Shown piece after piece: positions 1 to 9,973 of a DNA stretch of 41,629 nucleotides (position 1 is the stretch's first letter; every line of letters starts with the position of its first letter). The notes under the pieces were generated by a model. It searched no databases, had not been told where the DNA came from, and was given only the letters and a program-made list of their open reading frames with translations. A program made the position numbers and the translations under genes. Source of the stretch: a virus (taxonomy: Duplodnaviria; Caudoviricetes); the IMG/VR virus record IMGVR_UViG_3300024254_000006, positions 1-41,629 of that record, one strand, 5' to 3'.

Positions 1-127
1 TTCTCGGACCGGCGGACGGGAGCACGTTATTGCGAAGCTCAGACCCAGAAAATGACTGCGCATGGTACAGCATGGGGCCTGGATACGGATGTGCGCTCGT
101 CGTTCCTTATCAGGGCGCAAGCATGAC
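1..127. repeat. Terminal direct repeat (copy 1), indicating a circular contig
   Basis: 1-127 is identical to 41503-41629; 127 is a common maximal assembler k-mer; a reading frame runs through the join. Confidence 0.95.
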
Positions 128-221
128 GCGCTTTGGCGAAGGCGACGTCGTGACATGGTTGAAATTGCAAGCGAAGCAAGGCGGGCCAAGCAGCATCGAC
201 GTGATCGTTGAGTTCGTGTAA
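1..221 (+). CDS. 3' part of the origin-spanning hypothetical protein (beta-rich)
   Basis: Ends ...IDVIVEFV-TAA; the stop abuts the AGGAG RBS of the next gene. Confidence 0.8.
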   Translation, partial: LGPADGSTLLRSSDPENDCAWYSMGPGYGCALVVPYQGASMTRFGEGDVVTWLKLQAKQGGPSSIDVIVEFV

Positions 222-231
222 GGAGCACACT

Positions 232-852
232 ATGAGATTCGCGCGAGAAATAATTGTGGGCCTGTTTTTATTGCTAGGCGTGAGCTTGATCGCCAATGGG
301 CAGCTTCAACAGTCTGGCGGACCTGGCAGCACAGTCACGGCGAACATCGGCACGACCAACGGGCTCGCGCTCGATGCCACGCTAACCAGCGGCTCGCAGA
401 AAACAAAACTGGTTGATTCCGGCGGCACGAACCTTGCAACGATTTCTGCTGGCGGCGCGCTAAAAACCGATGGCTCCGCGGTGACGCAACCGGTCAGCGG
501 GACTTTTTGGCAAGCTACGCAGCCGGTAAGCGGCACGGTCAACACTGTCCGGAAGACAGCGTGTGGCAATACCGTCGCGTCTCAGGCGCTCGCCGCGGTC
601 CCTACTTCCCCGACCGTCGTATTCTCCGCGACGACCTGCCTCGAGGCCGTCGTGATGAACAACACGACCGGCGCCCCGCTTACCGTCACGGTCACAGATA
701 ACGCAGGAACGCCGATCAATGACGTGCTGACGTTCTCGATTCCCGCGAATTCTCAACTGATTCAGCCGCTCTTTGGCGTGGCATTTACCAGCGGCATGAA
801 GTGGACGGCCTCGGGCGCTGGAGTGACCGGCGCGGCCATCGGCTATCAATGA
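232..852 (+). CDS. Signal-peptide-bearing fibre/spike-like protein
   Basis: AGGAG RBS at 221-225; N-terminus MRFAREIIVGLFLLLGVSLIANG; TQPVSGTFWQATQPVSG repeat of phage fibre type; beta-rich C-terminal domain. Confidence 0.7.
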   Translation: MRFAREIIVGLFLLLGVSLIANGQLQQSGGPGSTVTANIGTTNGLALDATLTSGSQKTKLVDSGGTNLATISAGGALKTDGSAVTQPVSGTFWQATQPVSGTVNTVRKTACGNTVASQALAAVPTSPTVVFSATTCLEAVVMNNTTGAPLTVTVTDNAGTPINDVLTFSIPANSQLIQPLFGVAFTSGMKWTASGAGVTGAAIGYQ

Positions 853-1304
853 GACGTGACCTGAAAATATCGGCTGTCGCGGCCCTGGCGATCATAGTTT
901 GGCTGATCGCGTTCGGAAGTTCGCTATCGGATGCGCAGTCGAACGTCTCTGCGCCGATCACAAAGTTCAGTTGCTTCGTTCAAGGTGTCACCGCGACCAC
1001 GCAATGCCAGGCCGCACCGGCGGCGGGGCTTCGCGCCTATGTCACCGATGTCTCGCTTTCAAACGAGGCTGCGACCGTCCAGACGATCGATGTGGTTTTC
1101 GGAACGAGCACTAACTGCGGCACTGGCACAACTGCGCTGACGCATAAATTTCAGATGGGCACCGCTGCGACGACTACTTCGCCGCAAGTGATCGAGGTCG
1201 ATTTAGTCTCGCCGCTTGTTCCGACGGCCGCGAATGCGATTTGCGTCCGTCCGTCCGCGGCAACCGCATTTGGAGCAACTTTGACGGGGTACATAGCGCC
1301 ATGA
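849..1304 (+). CDS. Signal-peptide-bearing beta-rich protein (4 Cys)
   Basis: ATGA overlap with the previous stop; MRRDLKISAVAALAIIVWLIAFGSSLSDA|QS. Confidence 0.7.
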   Translation: MRRDLKISAVAALAIIVWLIAFGSSLSDAQSNVSAPITKFSCFVQGVTATTQCQAAPAAGLRAYVTDVSLSNEAATVQTIDVVFGTSTNCGTGTTALTHKFQMGTAATTTSPQVIEVDLVSPLVPTAANAICVRPSAATAFGATLTGYIAP

Positions 1305-1678
1305 CATCAGCAATCGGCAATCAATCCGGCCTAGTCGTCTGGCTGGTTTACTTTCTCGCGAAGGCTGGCATCGCGGCGTTTTTGCTGGCTGGATTGTATT
1401 TTGTTCTTAGCCATATTCCCGAACGCGGAAAGAAGTTCCTCGAGGGAGTTTTCAGCGATGGCGGAAACCCTTCCTTTTCGCGCGTGGCGACAGCGGTGCT
1501 GCTCACTGCTTGCCTATGGTGGGATACCTACTTTCTTTACAAGATGAAAGCTCTACCGGACTTCGGCGGGCAGATTGCTTTCGTGACTTTGATTTACGGT
1601 GTGAACGTCGCGGGGTCGACGGTCGCTAAGTTCTCGAACGCCGCAACTGCGGACGCGAACAAACAACCTCAACAGTGA
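1301..1678 (+). CDS. Multi-pass membrane protein, possible holin
   Basis: ATGA overlap; about 3 hydrophobic segments; FSDGGNPSFSRV segment of a kind seen in phage membrane proteins. Confidence 0.55.
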   Translation: MTSAIGNQSGLVVWLVYFLAKAGIAAFLLAGLYFVLSHIPERGKKFLEGVFSDGGNPSFSRVATAVLLTACLWWDTYFLYKMKALPDFGGQIAFVTLIYGVNVAGSTVAKFSNAATADANKQPQQ

Positions 1679-3432
1679 GCCAAAAGATAGAACGCAAAAG
1701 CAAATCGATTCCGACGCATCCGGCCGACGTCTATGCACGCCAGGCCGCGAGCGGGGAATTGGTTTGCTCGAAGTGGGTACGCCTGGCGGCACAGCGGCAC
1801 TTGCGGGATCTGAACGAGGCGCACCGCCGCGGCCTGCGATTCGATACCGCGGCCGCGCAGGACGTCCTCGACTTCTTTTCGCTCCTGCGCCATTCCAAAG
1901 GCGAGTTTGCGAAGCAGGAATTCGTCCTCGAGCCCTGGCAGCAATTCATTTTGTGGGTACTGTTCGGCTGGCAGCGAGCCGACGGCACGCGCCGCTTCCG
2001 TTCGGCCTATGTCGAGGTAGCGCGCAAGAATGGGAAATCGACACTCTGCTCCGGCATTGGGCTCTATGCGCTCGTGGCCGACGGGGAAGAAGGCGCCGAA
2101 GTCTATTGCTGCGCCACGAAGAAGGATCAGGCGAAGCTCGTTTTCGTTGAGGCCGAGAAGATGCGCAAGGCCTCGCCAGGACTTAGCAAGCGGATCGAGT
2201 CCTGGCGCAATAATATGTGCGTGCCGGTCACTAACTCCAAAATGGAGCCGCTCGGCGCCGACTCGGACACCCTCGACGGGCTAAACGTATCCTGCGCGAT
2301 CGTGGACGAGCTCCACGCGCACAAGTCGAAGTCGCTCCTGCAGGTCATCGAGACTGCGACTGGTTCCCGGCGTCAGCCGATGATCTTTAAGATCACGACC
2401 GCGGGGCACGATCGCGAGTCCGTCTGCTGGGCCGAGCGGGAACGCAGCACCGCGATCCTCGAGGACATCAAGCAGGGCGACGACGTCTTCGCGTTCATTG
2501 CCTGCCTGGACGAAGACGACGACTGGCATGACGAGAAGAACTGGATCAAAGCCAATCCTAACCTTAACGTATCCGTAAAGCTCGAGACGCTTCGCGAGGG
2601 CGCGCGCAAAGCGGATCAGCAACCCTCTTCCCTGAATGGCTTCCTTCGCCTGCATCTGAACGTCTGGACCAATCAGGAACATGCGGCAATCAAGATCGAT
2701 CAATGGAACCAATGCGTCGGCCTCTCGCTCAAGGGAACGGACGCCAAAGTGCTGCGCGACGATATGTTGAAGCGTCTCGAGGGCCGTCCGTGCATCATCG
2801 CGGTCGACCTTTCCTCGACGCAGGACATCACCGCATCACTCAAACTCTTCCCGCCGGATTCCGAAGACGAGCCCTTTATCTGTATCCCTGATTTCTGGCT
2901 TCCTGCGGATAACGTCGAGGAAATGATGGACAAATGGCGCTCGACGCAGGCGTCTTATGACGTCTGGGCGCGCGAGGGATTTCTGCGCCTAACTTCTGGC
3001 GACGTGATCGACTATGACGAAATCAAGAGCCAAGTCCTAGCCGACTGTAAGCGCTACGACGTGAAGGAAATCACCTTCGACCCTTGGAATGCCACGCAGT
3101 TCGCGAATGATCTGCAAAAAGAAGGCATCCACGTCGACAAGTTGGTGAAATTCCCGCAGACCGTGGCTATGTTCGCCGAGCCGACGAAGAGGCTGCTCGA
3201 GACCATGATTCCAGGGAAAAAGATTGCACATTTAGGGAACCCGGTTCTCCGTTGGATGGCTTCGAACCTTGTGGTCAAGGAAGACAATAACGGGAACAAG
3301 AGGCCGGTGAAGAAGGCTCACGCCGCGAAGATCGACGGCATGGTCGCGCTGATCATGGCGCTCGGTCGCACGATCGCGAATCCACCGAAGGCTGCATCGG
3401 TTTATGAGACGCGAGGCGTGCTGACGCTGTGA
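1675..3432 (+). CDS. terL: Terminase large subunit
   Basis: Walker A VARKNGKST, Walker B IVDELHAH, nuclease motifs VDLS and KIDGMVALIMA. Confidence 0.97.
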   Translation: MSQKIERKSKSIPTHPADVYARQAASGELVCSKWVRLAAQRHLRDLNEAHRRGLRFDTAAAQDVLDFFSLLRHSKGEFAKQEFVLEPWQQFILWVLFGWQRADGTRRFRSAYVEVARKNGKSTLCSGIGLYALVADGEEGAEVYCCATKKDQAKLVFVEAEKMRKASPGLSKRIESWRNNMCVPVTNSKMEPLGADSDTLDGLNVSCAIVDELHAHKSKSLLQVIETATGSRRQPMIFKITTAGHDRESVCWAERERSTAILEDIKQGDDVFAFIACLDEDDDWHDEKNWIKANPNLNVSVKLETLREGARKADQQPSSLNGFLRLHLNVWTNQEHAAIKIDQWNQCVGLSLKGTDAKVLRDDMLKRLEGRPCIIAVDLSSTQDITASLKLFPPDSEDEPFICIPDFWLPADNVEEMMDKWRSTQASYDVWAREGFLRLTSGDVIDYDEIKSQVLADCKRYDVKEITFDPWNATQFANDLQKEGIHVDKLVKFPQTVAMFAEPTKRLLETMIPGKKIAHLGNPVLRWMASNLVVKEDNNGNKRPVKKAHAAKIDGMVALIMALGRTIANPPKAASVYETRGVLTL

Positions 3433-4721
3433 AGTCCTCACGGTGGCAAGGATTTAAGTCATGGCTCGGCTTCCGCGCCGACGCTGGTGGCGGCCAGGCC
3501 ATCAATCCTTTCGACGATCGCTATTACGCGAACTATGCAAGCTATGGAACGGCGTCTGGGCAAAACGTCTCGCCGGAATTGGCGATGCGCCTGGCCGCGG
3601 TATATGCCTGCGTCCGAGTCTGCGCGGAGACAATTGCATCACTGCCGCTGATTGTTTATAGGCGGCTGCCAGATGGCGGGAAAGAACGCGCGACAGATCA
3701 TCCGTTGTACGAAGTCCTGCACGATAGGCCGAACCAATGGCAGACATCGCTCGAATGGGTCGAAATGAATCAGGCGCATCAGGAGCTGCGCGGCAATTCG
3801 TTCAATATCATCCAGTCCGGGCCGCGAGGCGCGATCGATGCTCTGATTCCGATTCACCCGGACCGCGTGCAAGTATTCAGATTGCCAAACGGCCGACTTC
3901 GGTATCAAGTCCGCGACTGGTACACCGGCGAGCTACAGAACTATGCGCAGGAAGAAATCTTTCACCTTCGCGGGATGTCCTCAGACGGAATGCTCGGCAT
4001 GAGCACAGTTTCCCTGGCGCGCGAAACTATCGGCGTTGGATTGGCACAGCAAGAATATGCTGCGCGCTTCTTAGAGAACGATGCGCAGCCGCGTGGAGTG
4101 CTCGAGCATCCCCAGACGATGAGCGAGGAAGCTTATAAGCGCGCAAAGAAAAGCTTTCAGGAATCGCAAACCGGAGCGAATCGGCATAAGACGGCAATTC
4201 TCGAAGAGGGCATGAAGTACACAGCCATCGCCCTGAATAACAAAGACTCGCAGTTCCTAGAGGCGCGGGAATTTACCAGGGCGGAGATCGCGAGCCTTTT
4301 CCGCGTCCCGCCTCACAAGATCGGCGATCTGACGAAAGCGACGTTTAGCAACATCGAGCAACAGTCGATCGAATTCGCAACGGATTGCGTTCGCCCGCGC
4401 GCCGTGCGATGGGAAAAGCGAATCAACATTGACCTGATCGATCCGCTGGACCTGGATACCGACGAATATTTCTGCGAGTTCCTGCTTGACGGGTTGCTCC
4501 GCGGCGACATGAAGAGCCGGTATCAGTCCTATATGCAAGGTCGAAATGCAGGATTCCTGTCCGTCAATGACATTCGCCGCATGGAAAACCTCAACCCGAT
4601 AGGCGCAGACGGCGACGAATACCTGCGGCCGTTGAACATGGTTCCCGCTGGAACGGCTGACCCGAACGCAACTGTCGACGATGTGGCCTCACAGGAAGAT
4701 GCTACCTCGCTAAACGGATGA
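3429..4721 (+). CDS. Portal protein, HK97 family
   Basis: AVYACVRVCAETIASLPL, DSQFLEAR, FRVPPHKIG, NIEQQ motifs. Confidence 0.96.
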   Translation: MKSSRWQGFKSWLGFRADAGGGQAINPFDDRYYANYASYGTASGQNVSPELAMRLAAVYACVRVCAETIASLPLIVYRRLPDGGKERATDHPLYEVLHDRPNQWQTSLEWVEMNQAHQELRGNSFNIIQSGPRGAIDALIPIHPDRVQVFRLPNGRLRYQVRDWYTGELQNYAQEEIFHLRGMSSDGMLGMSTVSLARETIGVGLAQQEYAARFLENDAQPRGVLEHPQTMSEEAYKRAKKSFQESQTGANRHKTAILEEGMKYTAIALNNKDSQFLEAREFTRAEIASLFRVPPHKIGDLTKATFSNIEQQSIEFATDCVRPRAVRWEKRINIDLIDPLDLDTDEYFCEFLLDGLLRGDMKSRYQSYMQGRNAGFLSVNDIRRMENLNPIGADGDEYLRPLNMVPAGTADPNATVDDVASQEDATSLNG

Positions 4722-4740
4722 AAATTCGCTGGGGGAGATT

Positions 4741-5643
4741 ATGAATAAGTATCAACGCATTCGCGGTGAATTCTACGGCAAGCCGTGGGCGATTCTGCCT
4801 GACAAGCTGCATCAGATTACGCAGCTTTTACAGTTCGCGGCCGAGGGCGGAAAGTTCACCGACGAAGAAGTCCGCGAGCGCATCGGCGCCGGACCTCGCG
4901 TCACTCCCAAAACTCCCGGCATGGTAGCGCTGATTCCTATTTACGGCGTCGTATCCAATCGCATGAACATGATGAGCGAGATCAGCGGCGGAACATCTGT
5001 CGAGAAATTGACATCATCCTACCGTGCCGCCCTGAGCGATACGAATGTGAAGGCGATCGTGTTTGACGTTGACTCGCCTGGCGGTTCGGTTGACGGCGTT
5101 CCAGAACTGGCCGACGAGATTTATTCCTCACGCGGGAAGAAGCCGCAGATAGCCGTAGCGAATACGATGGCGGCGAGCGCAGCATATTGGCTGGCAAGCG
5201 CGGCGGACGAGCTCGTCGTCACTCCCAGCGGTGCGGTCGGCTCGATCGGTGTATGGGGCGCACACGAGGATTACTCGAAAGCGCTCGAGCAGGAAGGCGT
5301 GAAGGTCACTCTGATCAGCGCAGGGAAGTACAAAGTCGAGGGCAATCCCTATGAGCCGCTATCCGAAGAAGCCAGGAACGCGCTGCAGGCCGACGTCGAC
5401 AATTTTTATTCCATGTTCGTTAATGCCGTGGCAAAGAATCGCGGCGTGGCTTCCTCGGCGGTTTCCGACGGCTACGGTCAAGGCCGAATGGTCATGGCCT
5501 CGCTGGCCGTCAAGCAGGGCATGGCCGACAGCGTCGCCACGCTCGATCAAACGCTGGCGCGGTTCGGAGTGAGCACGTCAACGAAACGCATGACCGCTTC
5601 GGTCGCGAATGATCTGCGCGAAAGAGAACTCGCACTCTACTAA
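4741..5643 (+). CDS. Prohead protease, S49 (SppA-like)
   Basis: DVDSPGGSV, MAASAAYWLAS, GSIGV, AGKYK; lies between portal and capsid. Confidence 0.93.
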   Translation: MNKYQRIRGEFYGKPWAILPDKLHQITQLLQFAAEGGKFTDEEVRERIGAGPRVTPKTPGMVALIPIYGVVSNRMNMMSEISGGTSVEKLTSSYRAALSDTNVKAIVFDVDSPGGSVDGVPELADEIYSSRGKKPQIAVANTMAASAAYWLASAADELVVTPSGAVGSIGVWGAHEDYSKALEQEGVKVTLISAGKYKVEGNPYEPLSEEARNALQADVDNFYSMFVNAVAKNRGVASSAVSDGYGQGRMVMASLAVKQGMADSVATLDQTLARFGVSTSTKRMTASVANDLRERELALY

Positions 5644-5652
5644 AAGATATTT

Positions 5653-5710
5653 CGTCGCTGTCGGGTAACTGGCAACGGCAGAATGCGCCAAATTACGCCC
5701 GCAAGGGCGT
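5653..5710 (+). promoter_or_regulatory. Two hairpins in the capsid leader
   Basis: Imperfect stem GTCGCTGTC/GGCAACGGC and ACGCCC-GCAA-GGGCGT (GNRA loop) before the capsid RBS. Confidence 0.45.
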
Positions 5711-5752
5711 CGGCGGCGTCGTGTAACTAAAAACTAAAAAGGAGCATTGGAC

Positions 5753-7054
5753 ATGTCGAATACAAAAGCTTTGTTTCAACGCAAAGCTGATTTGACGAAG
5801 CAAATGCGTGCCCAGCTCGATAAGGCGCGCGCCGAAGATCGTGGCCTTACCGAAGAGGAACGGGCAGCGTATGAGAAGAATGTGACCCTTCTGGCTTCAC
5901 TGGAAGAGGATCTCAAGCGGGAAACGGCTCTCTTGGAAGTGGAAAAAAGCCTCATTCCGATCAACGATTCGAATGCGGGCGCGGCCGCTTCGGCTGGAGC
6001 GGCGAGCAAGGACGCGAGCAAGTTCTCGTCTTTCGGTGAACAGCTCATGGCCATCGTGCGCCACGAGCGGACCGGCGGGCGTCACACCGATCAGCGGCTC
6101 TTCGCCGCGGCGTCGGGCGCCAGTGAAGCGGTTCCTTCCGATGGCGGCTTCCTTGTGCAGAAGGATTTCTCAACCGAAGTCCTGAAGCGCTTGTATCAGA
6201 CCGGCGAGATTTCTTCCCGCGTTCGCCGCGTCGCGATCAGCCCTGGCGCAAACGGCCTGAAGATGAACGCGATCGACGAGACGAGCCGCGTCGACGGTTC
6301 GCGGTGGGGCGGCGTGCTGGCGTACTGGCTGAATGAAGCCGATGCGCTGACCGCAACGAAGCCGAAATTCCGCCAGATCGAACTCAACCTGCAGAAGCTC
6401 GGCGCCGTGTACTATGCGACCGACGAAATCCTGCAGGATGCTTCCGCACTCGAAGCCGTTTTCACCGAAGCATTTTCGGAAGAAATGGGCTTCAAGCTTG
6501 AAGAAGCGATCATGAACGGTGACGGCGTTGGAAAGCCTCTCGGCGTTCTGAACAGCGGCGCGGTCATCACTGTCACGCATGACTCTGGCGATTCTGGCGC
6601 AACTATTAGCACGAATGACGTGCTTCTGATGTGGCAACGGCTATGGCCTCGCAGCAGGCAGAGTTCGGTATGGTTCATCAACCCCGACGTCGAGGCAAAA
6701 CTCTATCCTCTGACCTTGGGCAGCGGAACCGCCGTCCAATTGCTCTACACGCCGCCAGGAACTCAGGGAAACCAGTATGGCAAACTGCTTGGCCGGGACG
6801 TCATCCCGACCGAGCATCAGGCGACACTCGGAACCCCTGGCGACATTGTTCTGGCCGATCTGAGCACCTACGTCATGATCGACAAGGGCGCGCCGCAGCA
6901 GGCCGCTTCGATGCACGTCCGCTTCCTCAACGATGAAATGACCTTCCGCACAACCTATCGCTGCGACGGTCAACCGTGGTGGAACAAGGCGCTCACGCCG
7001 AAGAACGGCAGCAATACTCAGTCGCCGTTCATTCAATTGTCTACCCGGTCGTAA
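5753..7054 (+). CDS. Major capsid protein, HK97 fold, with N-terminal delta/scaffold coiled coil
   Basis: AGGAG RBS; coiled-coil N-terminus; DGGFLVQ, GDGVGKPLGVL, LLGRDVI. Confidence 0.95.
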   Translation: MSNTKALFQRKADLTKQMRAQLDKARAEDRGLTEEERAAYEKNVTLLASLEEDLKRETALLEVEKSLIPINDSNAGAAASAGAASKDASKFSSFGEQLMAIVRHERTGGRHTDQRLFAAASGASEAVPSDGGFLVQKDFSTEVLKRLYQTGEISSRVRRVAISPGANGLKMNAIDETSRVDGSRWGGVLAYWLNEADALTATKPKFRQIELNLQKLGAVYYATDEILQDASALEAVFTEAFSEEMGFKLEEAIMNGDGVGKPLGVLNSGAVITVTHDSGDSGATISTNDVLLMWQRLWPRSRQSSVWFINPDVEAKLYPLTLGSGTAVQLLYTPPGTQGNQYGKLLGRDVIPTEHQATLGTPGDIVLADLSTYVMIDKGAPQQAASMHVRFLNDEMTFRTTYRCDGQPWWNKALTPKNGSNTQSPFIQLSTRS

Positions 7055-7116
7055 AACTCTTTCCGGGCGGCTGAGGCTGGCCGCCCTCCAAAAATTTCAA
7101 AAAGGAGCTACGCAAA

Positions 7117-7608
7117 ATGCAAGGATCAGTGATTGCAGAGCAAGCACACGTTGTAAACATTTTGCCGCCCGTCGATATTACCGGCGGCAAGGTGTCGCAA
7201 GCCTTCAATATGAAGAATCATCATCACGCTACGATTCTTCTGCAAATTGGAGTCTCCGCGGCGGCCTTCACAAAGATCATCGTGGACTATGGAACGGCAA
7301 CGGCAGCAGTCGGAACACCTATCGCCGGGGCGACAGCCATGCCATTTTCGATCTACAAGCAGGAAACGGCTGGCGCGGACTCGGACGTTCTCGGCGCGCG
7401 CACGGCAGTCCTGGCGGCTGGCTATACGCCTTCAGCCAACGACGGCATTTTCTACGTCATCGAAATCGATGCGCAGGAATTGCCCGACGGGAATCCTTAC
7501 GTGCAATTATCGCTGACGAACGGCTCGAACAGCGTCATCGCAAGCGCGGTTGCAATTCTCTCTGGACCGCGGTTCGCTGGCGCGACTCAAGCAACGGCGA
7601 CAACTTAA
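7117..7608 (+). CDS. Putative head decoration protein
   Basis: Follows the capsid gene, strong RBS, beta-rich; function inferred from position. Confidence 0.55.
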   Translation: MQGSVIAEQAHVVNILPPVDITGGKVSQAFNMKNHHHATILLQIGVSAAAFTKIIVDYGTATAAVGTPIAGATAMPFSIYKQETAGADSDVLGARTAVLAAGYTPSANDGIFYVIEIDAQELPDGNPYVQLSLTNGSNSVIASAVAILSGPRFAGATQATATT

Positions 7609-7675
7609 AAACCAAAAGGGAAAATGAGCGAGGGCGGCTCCGAGCAGGCACCGCCCTTCGCATTTCTATACTTTT

Positions 7676-7882
7676 ATGTTCATCGTGATGAAAGATGGCC
7701 CGAAGAAGGGCGAGATTCAGGAAATGAAGTACTTCGTTGCCCGCGATCTCATCATCGCAGGGCGCGCCGAGCAATATTCCTTCGAGGGGAATGTCGACCC
7801 GGCGAAAGAACCGGTCAAAGTCTTGCCTGCGCCGGTGTCCGCGACAGAAAAGCCGATTCAAGGAAAGAAAAAGAAGAAATAA
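7676..7882 (+). CDS. Small head-associated hypothetical protein
   Basis: GEIQEM..VARDLIIAGRA motif, Lys-rich tail; stop abuts the next start. Confidence 0.65.
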   Translation: MFIVMKDGPKKGEIQEMKYFVARDLIIAGRAEQYSFEGNVDPAKEPVKVLPAPVSATEKPIQGKKKKK

Positions 7883-8773
7883 ATGCCAGGACTCCGGATC
7901 GTATCGAGGACCGACACGAACAGCCTTCCGGTTACGCTCACTACGTTCAAAGATCACGCGCACATCAGCACGAACGATGACGATGTCATCATCAATACGT
8001 ATTTGGACGCCGCGCGTATCAAGGTCGAAGGATTCCTCGGGCGGTCGCTGATTAACAAGGTTTATGTGCAGACGTTCGACCATTTCCCGCGTCATCATCA
8101 TCACGACGGCACGCATCACGAACACTTCCATCGTGACCGACCGTCTCGCGCGCTAGAAATCAAGCTCGGGCGCTCTCCGCTCGTCAATGTCCTGCGAATT
8201 GAGTACCTCGATCTTAGCGGCGCAATTCAAACCATGCTGCCTCGCGTCGACAATGTCTGGCAGGCCGATACTATCTACATCGTCGGCAATCAGATCGTCG
8301 ATCCGAACGGCAATATTCAGGAAGTCGATTCAGGCGAAGAACAAGGCGGCGGCGATCCAAGCCATAGCGGCGATGACGAGCCGACCTGGCCGACAGATAT
8401 TGACCTGACAGTCGCAGACGGAGAAATCACCTGGCGCTGCAAAGGTCCGGCACCCGTAGGCGACTTCATCATCGACACGAACAGCGAGCCTGGCCGCATC
8501 TATCCGAACATCAATAAGAATAACTATTTCTGGCCTTTTACGCAGCGCGTGCCGAACGCCGTGCGCGTTTATTTCACGGCTGGCTACGGGGTTAACCCCG
8601 ACGACGTGCCGGGGCATTTCCAAACCGCGCTGATGATTTATGCAAAAGGTTTATATGACTTTCGCGACCCGCTTCTGACGACGCCAGGCGCGAAGCCGAC
8701 CGAACTTCCAAGCCATCTTCGAGACTTGCTTTGGGAGGATCGCATTCAGGATTTCAATCCCACGGAAGGATAA
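7883..8773 (+). CDS. Head-tail connector (HK97 gp6-like) with insertions
   Basis: PVTLTTFKDH..DDD..I..YLDAAR..VEGFLGRSLI; NAVRVYFTAGYG..DVP. Confidence 0.88.
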   Translation: MPGLRIVSRTDTNSLPVTLTTFKDHAHISTNDDDVIINTYLDAARIKVEGFLGRSLINKVYVQTFDHFPRHHHHDGTHHEHFHRDRPSRALEIKLGRSPLVNVLRIEYLDLSGAIQTMLPRVDNVWQADTIYIVGNQIVDPNGNIQEVDSGEEQGGGDPSHSGDDEPTWPTDIDLTVADGEITWRCKGPAPVGDFIIDTNSEPGRIYPNINKNNYFWPFTQRVPNAVRVYFTAGYGVNPDDVPGHFQTALMIYAKGLYDFRDPLLTTPGAKPTELPSHLRDLLWEDRIQDFNPTEG

Positions 8774-8789
8774 ATTTTAAGGAGAAAAT

Positions 8790-9584
8790 ATGCCACAGAT
8801 TTCGCAAGGTCAATTGACAATAATCCTCGATAAGCTCGCGCGCTTCGCGTCTGAGTCAGTCGGCGATCCGGAATTCAGCGCAGGCTTCAATGCGGGAATG
8901 GAGAAAGCCTCGACCGACGTGCTTTCCGGCGCCGGGGGCATTGCGACGTACCTGCTAACGCTGAACGACGAAGACATCGAAGCCGATTTGCTTCCGCCCG
9001 CGCGCGTAATCGACGAGACTCACCCGGTTCCTCCTGACGGTTTTTTGCTGGCAATTCCTGGCATCAATAACATGGTGAAAGCCATCGACACGCACCTCAA
9101 GGGCTACGGCTTCGCCGGGCTCGACGCATATCTGACCTCGCTGAATGGTTCAAACGGCATGACGCCAACGCTGCGCGCACACGGCCACTTCAAGAAATAT
9201 CTGAAGACGCTGTCAAAGCAAAATGCCTTTATCCCGGCGGACTTAGTCATCGCAACATTCAGCGAGACCGGCGCGGCCGCTGGCACTTATGCTCACGTCG
9301 CCGCCATCGACAAAACGGTCTATGCGGGCTCGAAGCTAGTCATCAAGAACGTGACCGCCCTGACGAGCTCGCCGGTCGTCTCCGTATTCGGAAAGAAATT
9401 TGACGGCACGACCGCAACACTGACGGCAACCTTGTCGACGCACACGATCAATCACGAAACCGATTTGTCGGACGTGGCGAAGGTCTATGTCGACGTCACG
9501 AACATCACGATCGCTTCCGGCGGCACCAATGCGGAAGAGTTCGAAGTCGTGGCGAAGTCTGATCGCGACGTTTCCGCAGCCTAA
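8790..9584 (+). CDS. Hypothetical protein in the neck cluster
   Basis: AGGAG RBS; 264-aa ORF; no family recognised. Confidence 0.75.
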   Translation: MPQISQGQLTIILDKLARFASESVGDPEFSAGFNAGMEKASTDVLSGAGGIATYLLTLNDEDIEADLLPPARVIDETHPVPPDGFLLAIPGINNMVKAIDTHLKGYGFAGLDAYLTSLNGSNGMTPTLRAHGHFKKYLKTLSKQNAFIPADLVIATFSETGAAAGTYAHVAAIDKTVYAGSKLVIKNVTALTSSPVVSVFGKKFDGTTATLTATLSTHTINHETDLSDVAKVYVDVTNITIASGGTNAEEFEVVAKSDRDVSAA

Positions 9585-9589
9585 ATAAC

Positions 9590-9973
9590 TTGGCTCTCAA
9601 TTCAGACGTCATCATCAACGGAACGAATTTCCGTTGGAAGGTTAAGCTCGCCAAGCCAAATCTTACCCGCGGCACTGCGGGCGGCGTGCGAAGTGACGAT
9701 GCCACCGTGTTCGCGGAGGTTTGGGCCGCTGTCGAGGCCTACTCCGCGACCACGTTTGGCAAAAAGGTCTATGCGGCGCAGCAAGAGACTTCCGAAGTCA
9801 CGCACATGGTCACGATCCGGTATCTCGACGGCTTGAGGTCCAACATGCTTGTCTGGTTCAGAGACCGCCAGTTCCACATCGAGGCAGTCGTCGACCCGGA
9901 CGAACAGCAAAAAGTTCTATTCCTTTTGTGCATCGAGCGCAATGATTCGGCGCTAGAGGTTCCGTCGGCATAA
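9590..9973 (+). CDS. Head closure/head-tail adaptor (SPP1 gp16-like)
   Basis: VWAAVE, THMVTIRY..G..SNM.V.F.DR.F.I.AV.DPDE. Confidence 0.88.
   Translation: MALNSDVIINGTNFRWKVKLAKPNLTRGTAGGVRSDDATVFAEVWAAVEAYSATTFGKKVYAAQQETSEVTHMVTIRYLDGLRSNMLVWFRDRQFHIEAVVDPDEQQKVLFLLCIERNDSALEVPSA

Noticed and set aside
1-127. Biological terminal repeat (T7-like DTR)
   Set aside because: The length equals a common assembler k-mer, it lies mid-gene, and the HNH/P27 terminase set implies cos ends elsewhere
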